A stretch of DNA of 64,000 nucleotides. Source: Tenericutes bacterium MZ-XQ (GTDB lineage: Bacteria; Bacillota_I; Bacilli_A; Acholeplasmatales; Acholeplasmataceae). A program made the position numbers and the translations under genes. The first letter of the stretch is position 1. Every line of letters begins with the position of its first letter. The stretch is taken from assembly GCA_002838205.1 (NCBI GenBank), contig CP017950.1, positions 686,858 to 750,857 of the forward strand, written 5' to 3'. Shown here piece after piece: positions 51,130-59,559 of this stretch. The notes below the pieces were generated by a model, which had not been told where the DNA came from, made no database searches, and saw only the letters and a list, made by a program, of their open reading frames with translations.

Positions 51130-52969
51130 GACGACCTCCTTGGTTATACCTAAGTAATCTGATTGCATTAACGATGACGACTAATACAGAAAATTCATGG
51201 ACTAGCATGCCTATAGACATAGTTACTTGTCTAAAGATAACCCCTATTATTAAAAATAATACCACAAATAATGAGAAAACTACATTTTGGATCATGTTCA
51301 TTTTAACTTTTTTACTAATTTTGATGGCGTCTTCTAATTTCCCAATATTTTCACTTAATAAAACAACATCAGCAGTTTCCATAGCTATATCTTTACCCAT
51401 ACCACCAACTGCAACAGATGCATTTGCTGTTGAAAGTGCTAGAGCATCATTAATGCCATCGCCAACAAAAATTGTATGATTATCTTTATGATAAGATTCT
51501 ATAATGCTTGCTTTATCCTCTGGTAATAGCCCTGCATAATATTGATCAATACCTAATGTATGACTTATATGATGTGCTACTCTTTTTTGATCTCCTGTAA
51601 GCATAATTGTTTGTTTGATTCCTAGTTTTTTAAGTTTTCTGATGAGCTTTACAGATTCATTTCTAATACCATCTTCTATCCCAAATAAACCTAATATTTT
51701 TTGTGAATCTGACATAATTAAGGTTGTCATCCCTTGTGCTTCCATCATTTCGATTTCATGCTCAATCGGTTGTGGTATTTCAAAAGATAGTAATTGTTTG
51801 TTTCCAATAGCGTATTTAATTTTATTGTATGTAAAAATAATACCTTTGCCTATCTTCATTTCAACATCTGTTGGTTCATCTTCTATATCTATATTTTTTT
51901 CTCTAGCTGCTTCAATAATAGCCAAAGATAGGGGATGTTCACTAAATGATTCTCCAATTGCCGCAATTTTCAATAAGTGATTTTGATTGTTGTCATATAC
52001 TTTAATTTCACTTAATACGGGTTTACCTAAAGTAAGCGTCCCGGTTTTATCAAAAAATACAATGTTACCTTTAGATAAGTTTTCAATCGAATCCCCACCT
52101 TTAAATAATATACCTTTTCTTGCAGCATTACCAATACCCGCAACAAATGAAACAGGTGTGGATATCACGAGTGCTCCAGGACATGCAATAACTAGCATAG
52201 TAATCGCTAATCTAATCTCTAGAGTCAAACCATAAATAATGATCGCAAATAACACAACAAATGGCGTATAGTATTTAGAAAATACTTCCATAAATTTCTG
52301 AGTATGTGCTTTTTTATCTTGAGCTTCTTCTACCATATGGATGATTTTACTTAATCTAGTATCGCTACCAACTTTAGTAACTTCTATTTTTATATAGCCG
52401 GATTGTAGAAGAGTTGCACCAAATACTTGATCATTAACTTCTTTATAAACAGGCATAGATTCACCAGTCATCATTTGTTCATCAATCATCACAGAACCTT
52501 CAATAATAACACCATCAGTAGGAATCTTTTCTCCTGGTTTGACTAAGATAATATCTTTAGGCTTTAACTGATTAAGCTCTACCATAGTTTCATTATTTTT
52601 ATCAATTACTCTTGCAAATGTCGGTTTTAAATCAATTAAAACACTTAATGCACTTCTTGTTTTTTCTAATGATTTTTTTTCTAAAACGTGTCCTAAAGTA
52701 AATAAGTAAGTTACTGCTGCAGCTTCAAATAAGTCACCGATTATGAAAGCTGCAACCACTGCAATCGTAACTAATAGATCAATACCAATAATTCTATATC
52801 TTAAATCCATAAATGCTTTTTTAAATATATGAAAGCCTGCGAATATCGTTAATAAAGTCATGATTATCTTTGAGATAATGTTATTCGGATCAAGATTATC
52901 CAAAACCATGGATGCTACAAACAGTATAGATATAGTAACGATATAGAGGTTATGTTTTAACCATTTCAT
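51068..52969 (-). CDS. P1B-type heavy-metal ATPase lacking an N-terminal metal-binding domain, with TM motif CPG
   Basis: DKTGTLT, GDGINDALAL, TGES, but IACPGALV where CPC/CPH/SPC is usual. N-terminus begins directly with TM helices. Confidence 0.75.
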   Translation of the reverse strand: MKWLKHNLYIVTISILFVASMVLDNLDPNNIISKIIMTLLTIFAGFHIFKKAFMDLRYRIIGIDLLVTIAVVAAFIIGDLFEAAAVTYLFTLGHVLEKKSLEKTRSALSVLIDLKPTFARVIDKNNETMVELNQLKPKDIILVKPGEKIPTDGVIIEGSVMIDEQMMTGESMPVYKEVNDQVFGATLLQSGYIKIEVTKVGSDTRLSKIIHMVEEAQDKKAHTQKFMEVFSKYYTPFVVLFAIIIYGLTLEIRLAITMLVIACPGALVISTPVSFVAGIGNAARKGILFKGGDSIENLSKGNIVFFDKTGTLTLGKPVLSEIKVYDNNQNHLLKIAAIGESFSEHPLSLAIIEAAREKNIDIEDEPTDVEMKIGKGIIFTYNKIKYAIGNKQLLSFEIPQPIEHEIEMMEAQGMTTLIMSDSQKILGLFGIEDGIRNESVKLIRKLKKLGIKQTIMLTGDQKRVAHHISHTLGIDQYYAGLLPEDKASIIESYHKDNHTIFVGDGINDALALSTANASVAVGGMGKDIAMETADVVLLSENIGKLEDAIKISKKVKMNMIQNVVFSLFVVLFLIIGVIFRQVTMSIGMLVHEFSVLVVIVNAIRLLRYNQGGRHDKRSRTKQLHKSSSDLQKS

Positions 52970-53181
52970 ATGACACTTAATACTTTGTAACCTAATTTAG
53001 TAATCATGTGACTTAAAGCATCTATTGTAATTTCATTTTCGTCATGTCTCACTTCAACTTTTGAAGCATTAAATTTAACTTCAACATGATCAACTCCAGA
53101 TAATTTTTTTAAACTACCTTCAATTCTTTTGATGCATGATGGACATGTTACTGTCTCAAGTTGTAAAATTGTTTTTTTCAT
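52966..53181 (-). CDS. copZ: CopZ-like heavy-metal-associated (HMA) metallochaperone
   Basis: ETVTCPSCIKRIEG CxxC HMA motif, about 70 aa, translationally coupled to the ATPase. Confidence 0.7.
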   Translation of the reverse strand: MKKTILQLETVTCPSCIKRIEGSLKKLSGVDHVEVKFNASKVEVRHDENEITIDALSHMITKLGYKVLSVI

Positions 53182-53571
53182 TTTTATCACCCTTTCTGTA
53201 TTAAGTATAGTTGAACAAAACATTTAATTCCTTGACCTAAATCAAGATTATACACGTTTTTTGTTTTTTTAAAGTTTTATTATATCACGTTATTGAAAAT
53301 TTACTTTTAGGTATCATTATATCTACTTCGAGTTAGCTGCTCTCAACATTATATAATCGTGTAAATAGTAGAGTAAACGTGTTAATAATTAGGTAATTGT
53401 TTAAATGATTGAATAAGAATTTCATACAAGCAAGAAAAAGTTCTGTTTTTGTCTTCTAAATGACTCTCGGAAATACGCAGAAAGGGATAATATACCCCTT
53501 CCGCATGAAAAAAAGACTAATACTTAGTGCGAATGGTAATTCGCTTATGTATCAGACCTATTCTAGTTAGA

Positions 53572-53670
53572 TGGGTTGTATGACCTATTTTGATACAATT
53601 TTACACCCCTAACGGAAATTTTTACACCCCCACCCGAAAAAATTACACCCCTGAATTATGGCTTAGTTTA
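53572..53670. repeat. repeat block R2: GGGTTGTATGACCTATTTTGATACAATT plus 3 copies of TTACACCCC(T/C) at 20-23 bp spacing plus GAATTATGGCTTAGTTTAGAGG
   Basis: Read directly. Same architecture as R1. Confidence 0.7.
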
Positions 53671-53920
53671 GAGGTTTTATTTTTCGACTTTTTCTAGCAG
53701 CAATTTCATTGTGTCAAAATGGGGTCTTCCACTATCTACTTATTGTTGGGTATCAAACCCTTGTATGTCAAATTGTCTTGTCATTATGGACTTTATCACT
53801 ATTTTTGATAACCTCTAGACTAACTTTACTATAAATAATGCTAAAAGTTCATATTTCATTCTCTAATAAATAAGTTCATGAGTTTAAATCTAATCCCAAT
53901 CACAATGTATTAAACTCAGC

Positions 53921-54463
53921 TTAAAAGGCTGATACGATTACAAAAATAATTAATGGCAATAATAAAGCCAAGTAAATAGCCAAATAAATAAAAAGGTGTT
54001 TCTTATATGTTTTTAGCATATTGCTATATTTGATGTCATTATAAAAACTAATATAAGAAATGATGAACAGTGTAACGGATAGAATAATCAGTGTCAATCC
54101 AATAATACCTATAATATCTATAAAGGTAGAACTCTCTGATTCATAGCTTAATACAATTGATAAAAATAAGAAACTTACTAACAGCATACAAATTGAAATG
54201 ATTGTGTTGCTCATATAACGATTAATAGAACTCACATTTATTGTAGGCGATGTCACATCTAACTTATTAATCTCATCATAAAAAGTACTCATTGGTATAT
54301 TCAAAACCTCTGACATCTTTTTTAATGAATAGACATCTGGTGTAGATATTCCTTTTTCCCATCTAGATACTGTTTTGCCAGAAACACCTAGTTTATCAGC
54401 TAAATCTGTTTGAGTTAAATTTAGCTTTTTTCTATTTTCAAAAATGATAGTATCAATATCCAT
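53921..54463 (-). CDS. XRE-family HTH transcriptional regulator with C-terminal transmembrane segments
   Basis: N-terminal HTH LTQTDLADKLGVSGKTVSRWEKG followed by two or three TM helices. Confidence 0.65.
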   Translation of the reverse strand: MDIDTIIFENRKKLNLTQTDLADKLGVSGKTVSRWEKGISTPDVYSLKKMSEVLNIPMSTFYDEINKLDVTSPTINVSSINRYMSNTIISICMLLVSFLFLSIVLSYESESSTFIDIIGIIGLTLIILSVTLFIISYISFYNDIKYSNMLKTYKKHLFIYLAIYLALLLPLIIFVIVSAF

Positions 54464-54595
54464 ATTATAAATCTCCCTTCATCATTTCATGCTATTATTA
54501 TAACTTTTAATACTGTTTCTTTAAAGGGGAAAGTATGTCAAAACTGAGACAAATTTGTCCAGTTAGTTCATCTTAGGTTTTTTTCTTTAAATTAT

Positions 54596-55738
54596 TTAAA
54601 ATCGGTTACAGTTGGTTCGCAACTTGCAAAGTTCAAAAAGTCCGGCTACTTCGTTAATTTTGTTATAAGAAATTTTGTAATAATTCTTTAAATCACTTTT
54701 TTGATAAACATCTAGTATTGGATAATACTCTTCATCATCCCAAATAGAATCATACTTTTCATGTAGTTTATTCATATCTAGCGTATTTACTGTTGATACA
54801 TCACCTATGATAATTCTTCCTTGACTATTAAGGTTCTCATTAATTTTTAGAAGCAAGTCTATTTGACTTTGATAGTCAAGGTGATGAATCGAATAATTGA
54901 ATATGATGAAATCATACTGAGTATTCAGTTTTGTTAAAGAATTTTGGAAAGTATCACATATGAATATTGCATTAGGCAATTTCTTTTTGGCTATATCTAT
55001 CATCTTTTCTGATAAATCCACACCTGTTACACTATATCCTAAATTGTATAAAGGACTCGTGATTTCTCCGGTCCCCACACCCATATCAAGAATATGTGCA
55101 AATGACCTTTTTGTTATAATATCAATAATCTGATATTTGATGCTAGAATATCCAGCAAATGGATATGTTTCTTCTTGTTCTGATTTAATAACACTTTTAC
55201 TATAGTTATTCGCCCAGTTATCAAACAATTCTTTTCTAATATAATCCTCAACATTTAGGACAAATTTAGTATCTACATCATCCTTATCATCTACACTAAA
55301 TCCGTTTTTATAATGAAAGTTTAATGACTTATGATTATGATTTCTAACAATAGAATAGATGGTTTTAAGTTTGTATCTTTTTAACTCATACAAAACTTTA
55401 GTAAGTAACTTGCTTGCAAAACCTTTTTGATAATAGTTTCTGTGTGTTTCTAGACCTTCTAGATAGTAATTACCATCAACAATCACTATTCTACAAACAG
55501 ATACAATCGTTCCATCATCTCGTAAAATATAATAAGCATAAAAGTTTTGATTGTTTCCACAACTTTTTAAATAATCAATATAATCCTTTTTAATACCTAC
55601 TCTAATACTTTCTATGTTGGGATCTGATAAATCAAATCCTCTATCTTCTTCAAGACCGTGATTAAGAACATCAAACCACTGTTCAATATCTTTTTGAGAG
55701 AGATTATTAATTTTAGATTTATTCCAAGTTTCAAACAT
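54596..55738 (-). CDS. bifunctional-architecture protein: N-terminal GNAT acetyltransferase plus C-terminal class I SAM-dependent methyltransferase
   Basis: GNAT motif (QKGFASKLLTKVL) and SAM-binding motif ILDMGVGTGEITSPL...GVDLSEKMI. Confidence 0.6.
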   Translation of the reverse strand: MFETWNKSKINNLSQKDIEQWFDVLNHGLEEDRGFDLSDPNIESIRVGIKKDYIDYLKSCGNNQNFYAYYILRDDGTIVSVCRIVIVDGNYYLEGLETHRNYYQKGFASKLLTKVLYELKRYKLKTIYSIVRNHNHKSLNFHYKNGFSVDDKDDVDTKFVLNVEDYIRKELFDNWANNYSKSVIKSEQEETYPFAGYSSIKYQIIDIITKRSFAHILDMGVGTGEITSPLYNLGYSVTGVDLSEKMIDIAKKKLPNAIFICDTFQNSLTKLNTQYDFIIFNYSIHHLDYQSQIDLLLKINENLNSQGRIIIGDVSTVNTLDMNKLHEKYDSIWDDEEYYPILDVYQKSDLKNYYKISYNKINEVAGLFELCKLRTNCNRF

Positions 55739-55772
55739 AAAGCCACCTCTTCTTATAAATTATACCATCTAA

Positions 55773-57017
55773 TGTATAATATTAAAGTTGAAAATTAGAA
55801 AGGTGGTAAATAAATGATTTACACATTAGAGTTAAAAAAGAATATCATTACAAAATACCAGAAAGGAGAAAGCGTATCCAACTTATCAAAATATTATAGT
55901 ATTCCAAAGACATCTATCTATAACTGGATTGATAAACATACTGACAAATCAATACGAGAATTAACTACTAGTAAAAGACAAATTTATGATTATCAAAGAA
56001 TGATAGAAAAACTTGATAGAGAAAATCAAATCCAGCAATACATTATAGCAAATCTTGATATCGCTAAAAAACACAAGATTGATTTGGTATACTTACTGGA
56101 AGAAAAGCAATATCCAATCAAAGCAATTTGTAGAGTACTTAATTTAAATACTTCTACATTCTATCATGATAAAAATAGAAAACCTGAGGTATATCTCGTT
56201 GATGAAGAAGATGATCAATTTAAACCATTAATACAATCTATTTTTAAGGATTCAGATGGTAGATTTGGCGGCCGTAAAATTCGTATCCTATTGAAAAAGG
56301 ATAATTACATTATTAGTCACGCCCGTGTTGTGAGATTAATGAAGGAAATGAATCTTAAACCTAATCAACCTGATGAAAACTATAATAACTATCATAAAAG
56401 AAAATACTCATATAAACCAAATATCATGTCTAAATCCGAGTATTATCCAGAAGTCAATAAAATATGGGTTAGCGATATCACTTACATTCGTGTAAGGAAA
56501 GAACATTATTATTTAATTGTTATTATTGATTTATACTCAAGAAAAGTTATCGGTCATAGATTGGCTAAAACATTAGAAGCATCAGAGTTAATCGAATTGA
56601 TGAAAAAGACATATAAATCTAGAAACAAACCAAAGGAATTAATATTTCATAGCGATCAAGGTCAACAATATACTGCCAAATCATTCAAAAAATTACTCAA
56701 AGAAAACAAAATTACACAATCGTTTTCAAAAAAAGGTTGTCCATATGATAACTCAGTAGCTGAGAGCTTCTTTGCTAGTTTAAAGAAAGAAGAAATCTAT
56801 CGACATATCTATAATAGCTTTGAAGAATTAGAAAAAGCTATTGACGAATACATTGTCTTTTTTAACACACAACGTCCACATGCATCTCTTAAATATAAAA
56901 CTCCTGAAGAATATGAAAAAATCTCTAAATAAAGCCAAAAAAAAGACCATCATTGCTGATGGTTTTTCTATAAGAATAGGTATAATTCCCAAAATAAGTG
57001 TTGGAAACACCCTATAC
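55773..57017 (+). mobile_element. IS3-family insertion sequence, copy 1 (approximate ends)
   Basis: Single 372-aa transposase ORF. Weak terminal similarity TGTATA...TATACA at 55773 and 57017. Confidence 0.5.
55814..56932 (+). CDS. IS3-family transposase (HTH plus DDE integrase core, single ORF)
   Basis: DDE/rve motifs WVSDITYI, HSDQGQQYT, CPYDNSVAESFF, NTQRPHASL. Confidence 0.8.
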   Translation: MIYTLELKKNIITKYQKGESVSNLSKYYSIPKTSIYNWIDKHTDKSIRELTTSKRQIYDYQRMIEKLDRENQIQQYIIANLDIAKKHKIDLVYLLEEKQYPIKAICRVLNLNTSTFYHDKNRKPEVYLVDEEDDQFKPLIQSIFKDSDGRFGGRKIRILLKKDNYIISHARVVRLMKEMNLKPNQPDENYNNYHKRKYSYKPNIMSKSEYYPEVNKIWVSDITYIRVRKEHYYLIVIIDLYSRKVIGHRLAKTLEASELIELMKKTYKSRNKPKELIFHSDQGQQYTAKSFKKLLKENKITQSFSKKGCPYDNSVAESFFASLKKEEIYRHIYNSFEELEKAIDEYIVFFNTQRPHASLKYKTPEEYEKISK

Positions 57018-57078
57018 AGTCCAATCTAGTTTAAATAACAATTCTGGTATATTTACTGCAGCAATGTCTTAAATGAAA

Positions 57079-57519
57079 TTACTCTAAGATATAGTATTCC
57101 TGAATAATTGGAATATGTGTTTCAGCCATCTTTATGCGCATGATTTCATCTTTTGAAAAGAATTTCAATTCTTTAGATTCTAAACTTGTTTTTAATATAG
57201 GAAAATCAAATAGTTTTATATGATACACAACAGTGATTACGCGCAGAACGTTCCCGTCTGGATAATGAGCTATTCTTGAAGGATCGTCATATATGTTAAA
57301 ATACTGCAATTGATTTTTATTGATTTTTAGTCCGGTTTCTTCAAAAACCTCTCGTATTGCACAGGAAACCAAATCTTCATTTATATTTAAGCCTCCACCA
57401 ATTATAGCCCATCTATCACTATCTACTCTATGTTCTAGTAAAATCTTATTCTCATATTGAATAATTACTGCTACCCCTATATGATTTGGTTTATTCGGTT
57501 TTGGTGCAAATACATTCTT
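57079..57519 (-). pseudogene. NUDIX hydrolase gene with no canonical start codon (open frame extends to about 57560 without ATG/GTG/TTG)
   Basis: In-frame extension gives a complete NUDIX N-terminus (HIGVAVIIQYENKILLEHR...GGGLNINEDLVSCAIREVFEETGL), but the first Met lies inside the Nudix box (57372). Confidence 0.4.
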
Positions 57520-57785
57520 ATAATAGAATTGACGTACAAATAAAATGATGATTGTTATAATAGATTATAATATATTTTACTTATGTAAGAAAAAAACCAT
57601 CTAAATGATGGTTTTTATTCTAATAATACCATGTATTGATCAGATTCTGTGAGTGATACATTTTTTTGTAATCTATCACATCATAATTGATTTCTTTTAT
57701 CAGTTTATTCTACTAATAAGAACACGATAAATAGTGTTGAAATACTTTTAGAATTACTTAAAATCGTTATACAATCCAGTTTTGT

Positions 57786-58751
57786 TTATGCATCATCGTC
57801 AGAAATACCTTCAGTATACTCGCGGTAATAGTCACCTTCTTCAATGATGAAATGTCGTACTTCATTACCCTCACTGTCTATAGTTACTGTCATTTCAATA
57901 GATCCATAAACATCACCGACACTGTACTCGAAGTAAAATATAGTACTGTTCCCATCTACTTCTTTTGTAATCTCGTATGTGTAATCCATATCGTTCTCAT
58001 CGATGTAAATCTCAACTGCTCCGTCTAATCCATCTTTTTCCATACGAATTTCAGAATATGAATCTAATCCATTCATATATGAATCAATCTCGAAGTATTG
58101 TTCAAATGCGTCCTTGTAAACTTCAACTCTTACGTAGTCATCAGTAACAGGGTCAACAGTTTCATACCATAATTCAATCTCTCCATCTGTAGCAGAAGTT
58201 TCTGCTCCACCGTTTACATTGAAAGATAAATCACTATACTCTAGGATACCTTCAAGTGTAAATTCTCCTTCTTCAAGAGTGTTATCTTCATCAGAGTTTA
58301 CTACATTATAATAAACATTATAAGTTACACCTTCAATTTGATATGATATCTGACTAGAATAACCTTCTTTCGTAGACTCTTCATGTTCTACATTTAAAAC
58401 TTCTTCTGGTGAACCATCTAAGAATACTTCAATGATGTCAAGATATGTCATCATCTGCTCCATTCTTGATTCAATGCTAGCTTCTGTAGTCATGTTTTGT
58501 GCTGTTGATAATTTCATGACATGAGTGTCTCTTTGGTAAGTTACAGTTGAGTTAGTTGAACTTGATAATAAACCTTGTGATATAAATGTTGCTGAGGCTA
58601 AATCTGTTGTTAGTTCAGGATCATTTTCTGTAACAGTCGGAGTATTGTCATTGTTTTCTTTGTCTTTGTCTCCATCTAAATTTACTCCATCACAAGCTGC
58701 AAGACTAATTGTTGCGAATAATACCAATAATAATAAACTTAATTTTTTCAT
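57786..58751 (-). CDS. acidic lipoprotein, third paralog of the anti-sigma-associated lipoprotein family
   Basis: Lipobox LAAC. Shares the GILEYSDLSFNV...YFEIDSYMNGLD...YTYEITKE block pattern with 14664-15869 and 16484-17566. Short acidic tail (SDDDA). Confidence 0.55.
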   Translation of the reverse strand: MKKLSLLLLVLFATISLAACDGVNLDGDKDKENNDNTPTVTENDPELTTDLASATFISQGLLSSSTNSTVTYQRDTHVMKLSTAQNMTTEASIESRMEQMMTYLDIIEVFLDGSPEEVLNVEHEESTKEGYSSQISYQIEGVTYNVYYNVVNSDEDNTLEEGEFTLEGILEYSDLSFNVNGGAETSATDGEIELWYETVDPVTDDYVRVEVYKDAFEQYFEIDSYMNGLDSYSEIRMEKDGLDGAVEIYIDENDMDYTYEITKEVDGNSTIFYFEYSVGDVYGSIEMTVTIDSEGNEVRHFIIEEGDYYREYTEGISDDDA

Positions 58752-58945
58752 TTTTTTCTTCCTTTCATTTTTTGTTTTCATTATACTAATGCAAGCAACT
58801 ACATAAATATTGCACTTTTTTGCATTTTATTTTTTTTGACCGTATTTTCCCGTTTCCCAAAAACAATTCCATAAATAGTTGTATTTTATTTTATCAGGAA
58901 ACTGCTTTTATGTCAATAAAGTGGACACATTAAGTGAGAATTTCG

Positions 58946-58999
58946 GTGTGCGTTTACAATAGAACTATGACATTTCATCCAAATTGTGTAAACGCACAG
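58946..58999. repeat. 13-bp imperfect inverted repeat GTGCGTTTACAAT...ATTGTGTAAACGCAC with about 26-nt spacer
   Basis: Read directly. Lies about 100 nt upstream of the transposase fragment. Confidence 0.5.
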
Positions 59000-59097
59000 T
59001 GAAGATTTGTCAAACATGGACCATAGGAAGTACTTTTAGACCTTCCCCCCTCTCTAAAAACAAAAGAAAGAGGAATAAAGCCATGAAAACAGATCTT

Positions 59098-59215
59098 CAA
59101 ATTCTAAAATATCGTCAATCATTAGTCAAGTACGCCCTTCGTCGTGGTGTGACAAGTGCGGCTAGAAGATATCACACCAACCGTCAATACATCTACCGTT
59201 GGATGAACTGGTGGA
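59098..59215 (+). pseudogene. N-terminal HTH fragment of an IS3-like transposase, truncated by a tRNA-Ser 3'-end-like sequence
   Basis: MKTDLQILKYRQSLVKYALRRGVTSAARRYHTNRQYIYRWMN aligns with the N-terminal HTH of the 59610 transposase (SYHNGVNVATLAKRHKISRSIIYLWIN). The reading frame runs into a tRNA-like sequence. Confidence 0.45.
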
Positions 59216-59233
59216 GGAAAGGGGATTTGAACC
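59207..59233 (-). repeat. 27-nt tRNA-Ser 3'-end-like fragment (25/27 identical to 60904-60930), candidate att-site duplicate
   Basis: TGGTGGAGGAAAGGGGATTTGAACCCT versus TGGCGGAGGAAAAGGGATTTGAACCCT at the 3' end of tRNA-Ser. Confidence 0.6.
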
Positions 59234-59486
59234 CTATAAATCTATCATTATTTATATTATTTCCCCACCATTTTTTTAACTTTCTTTTCTATATTATAGC
59301 ACATTCAATTCTTAATATAACAAAAATCTAAAATTCCAATTTTCTTTGTCTTAAATCTTGACCTTATTTCTCATCTAAAATCATATATTTATAGCGATTT
59401 ATTAACATTTTCAAGTGATCTCATATAAAAAAGCAACACTAAATTGGACATAAATTACTCAATTAATCTAATATATTTCCATATTG

Positions 59487-59512
59487 TCCCCTTAATTAAG
59501 CCATAAAATTTG
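59487..59512. repeat. inverted copy of the AATTTATGGCTTAA motif shared by R1/R2
   Basis: Reverse complement AATTTTATGGCTTAATTAAGG matches AATTTATGGCTTAATGAAG (R1) and GAATTATGGCTTAGTT (R2). Confidence 0.45.
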
Positions 59513-59559
59513 CCTCAATCAAAAGGACACTGTTATTGGAATATTGGAATTCAGTCTAT

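Noticed and set aside
53224-53570. Possible sRNA or regulatory region upstream of copZ (putative sigma-70-like promoter TTGAAA-17-ATTATA at about 53295 on the plus strand, small hairpin GCGAAT-GGTA-ATTCGC at 53529)
   Set aside because: There is no downstream plus-strand ORF or terminator, and the signals are AT-rich and easily arise by chance. Noted only.
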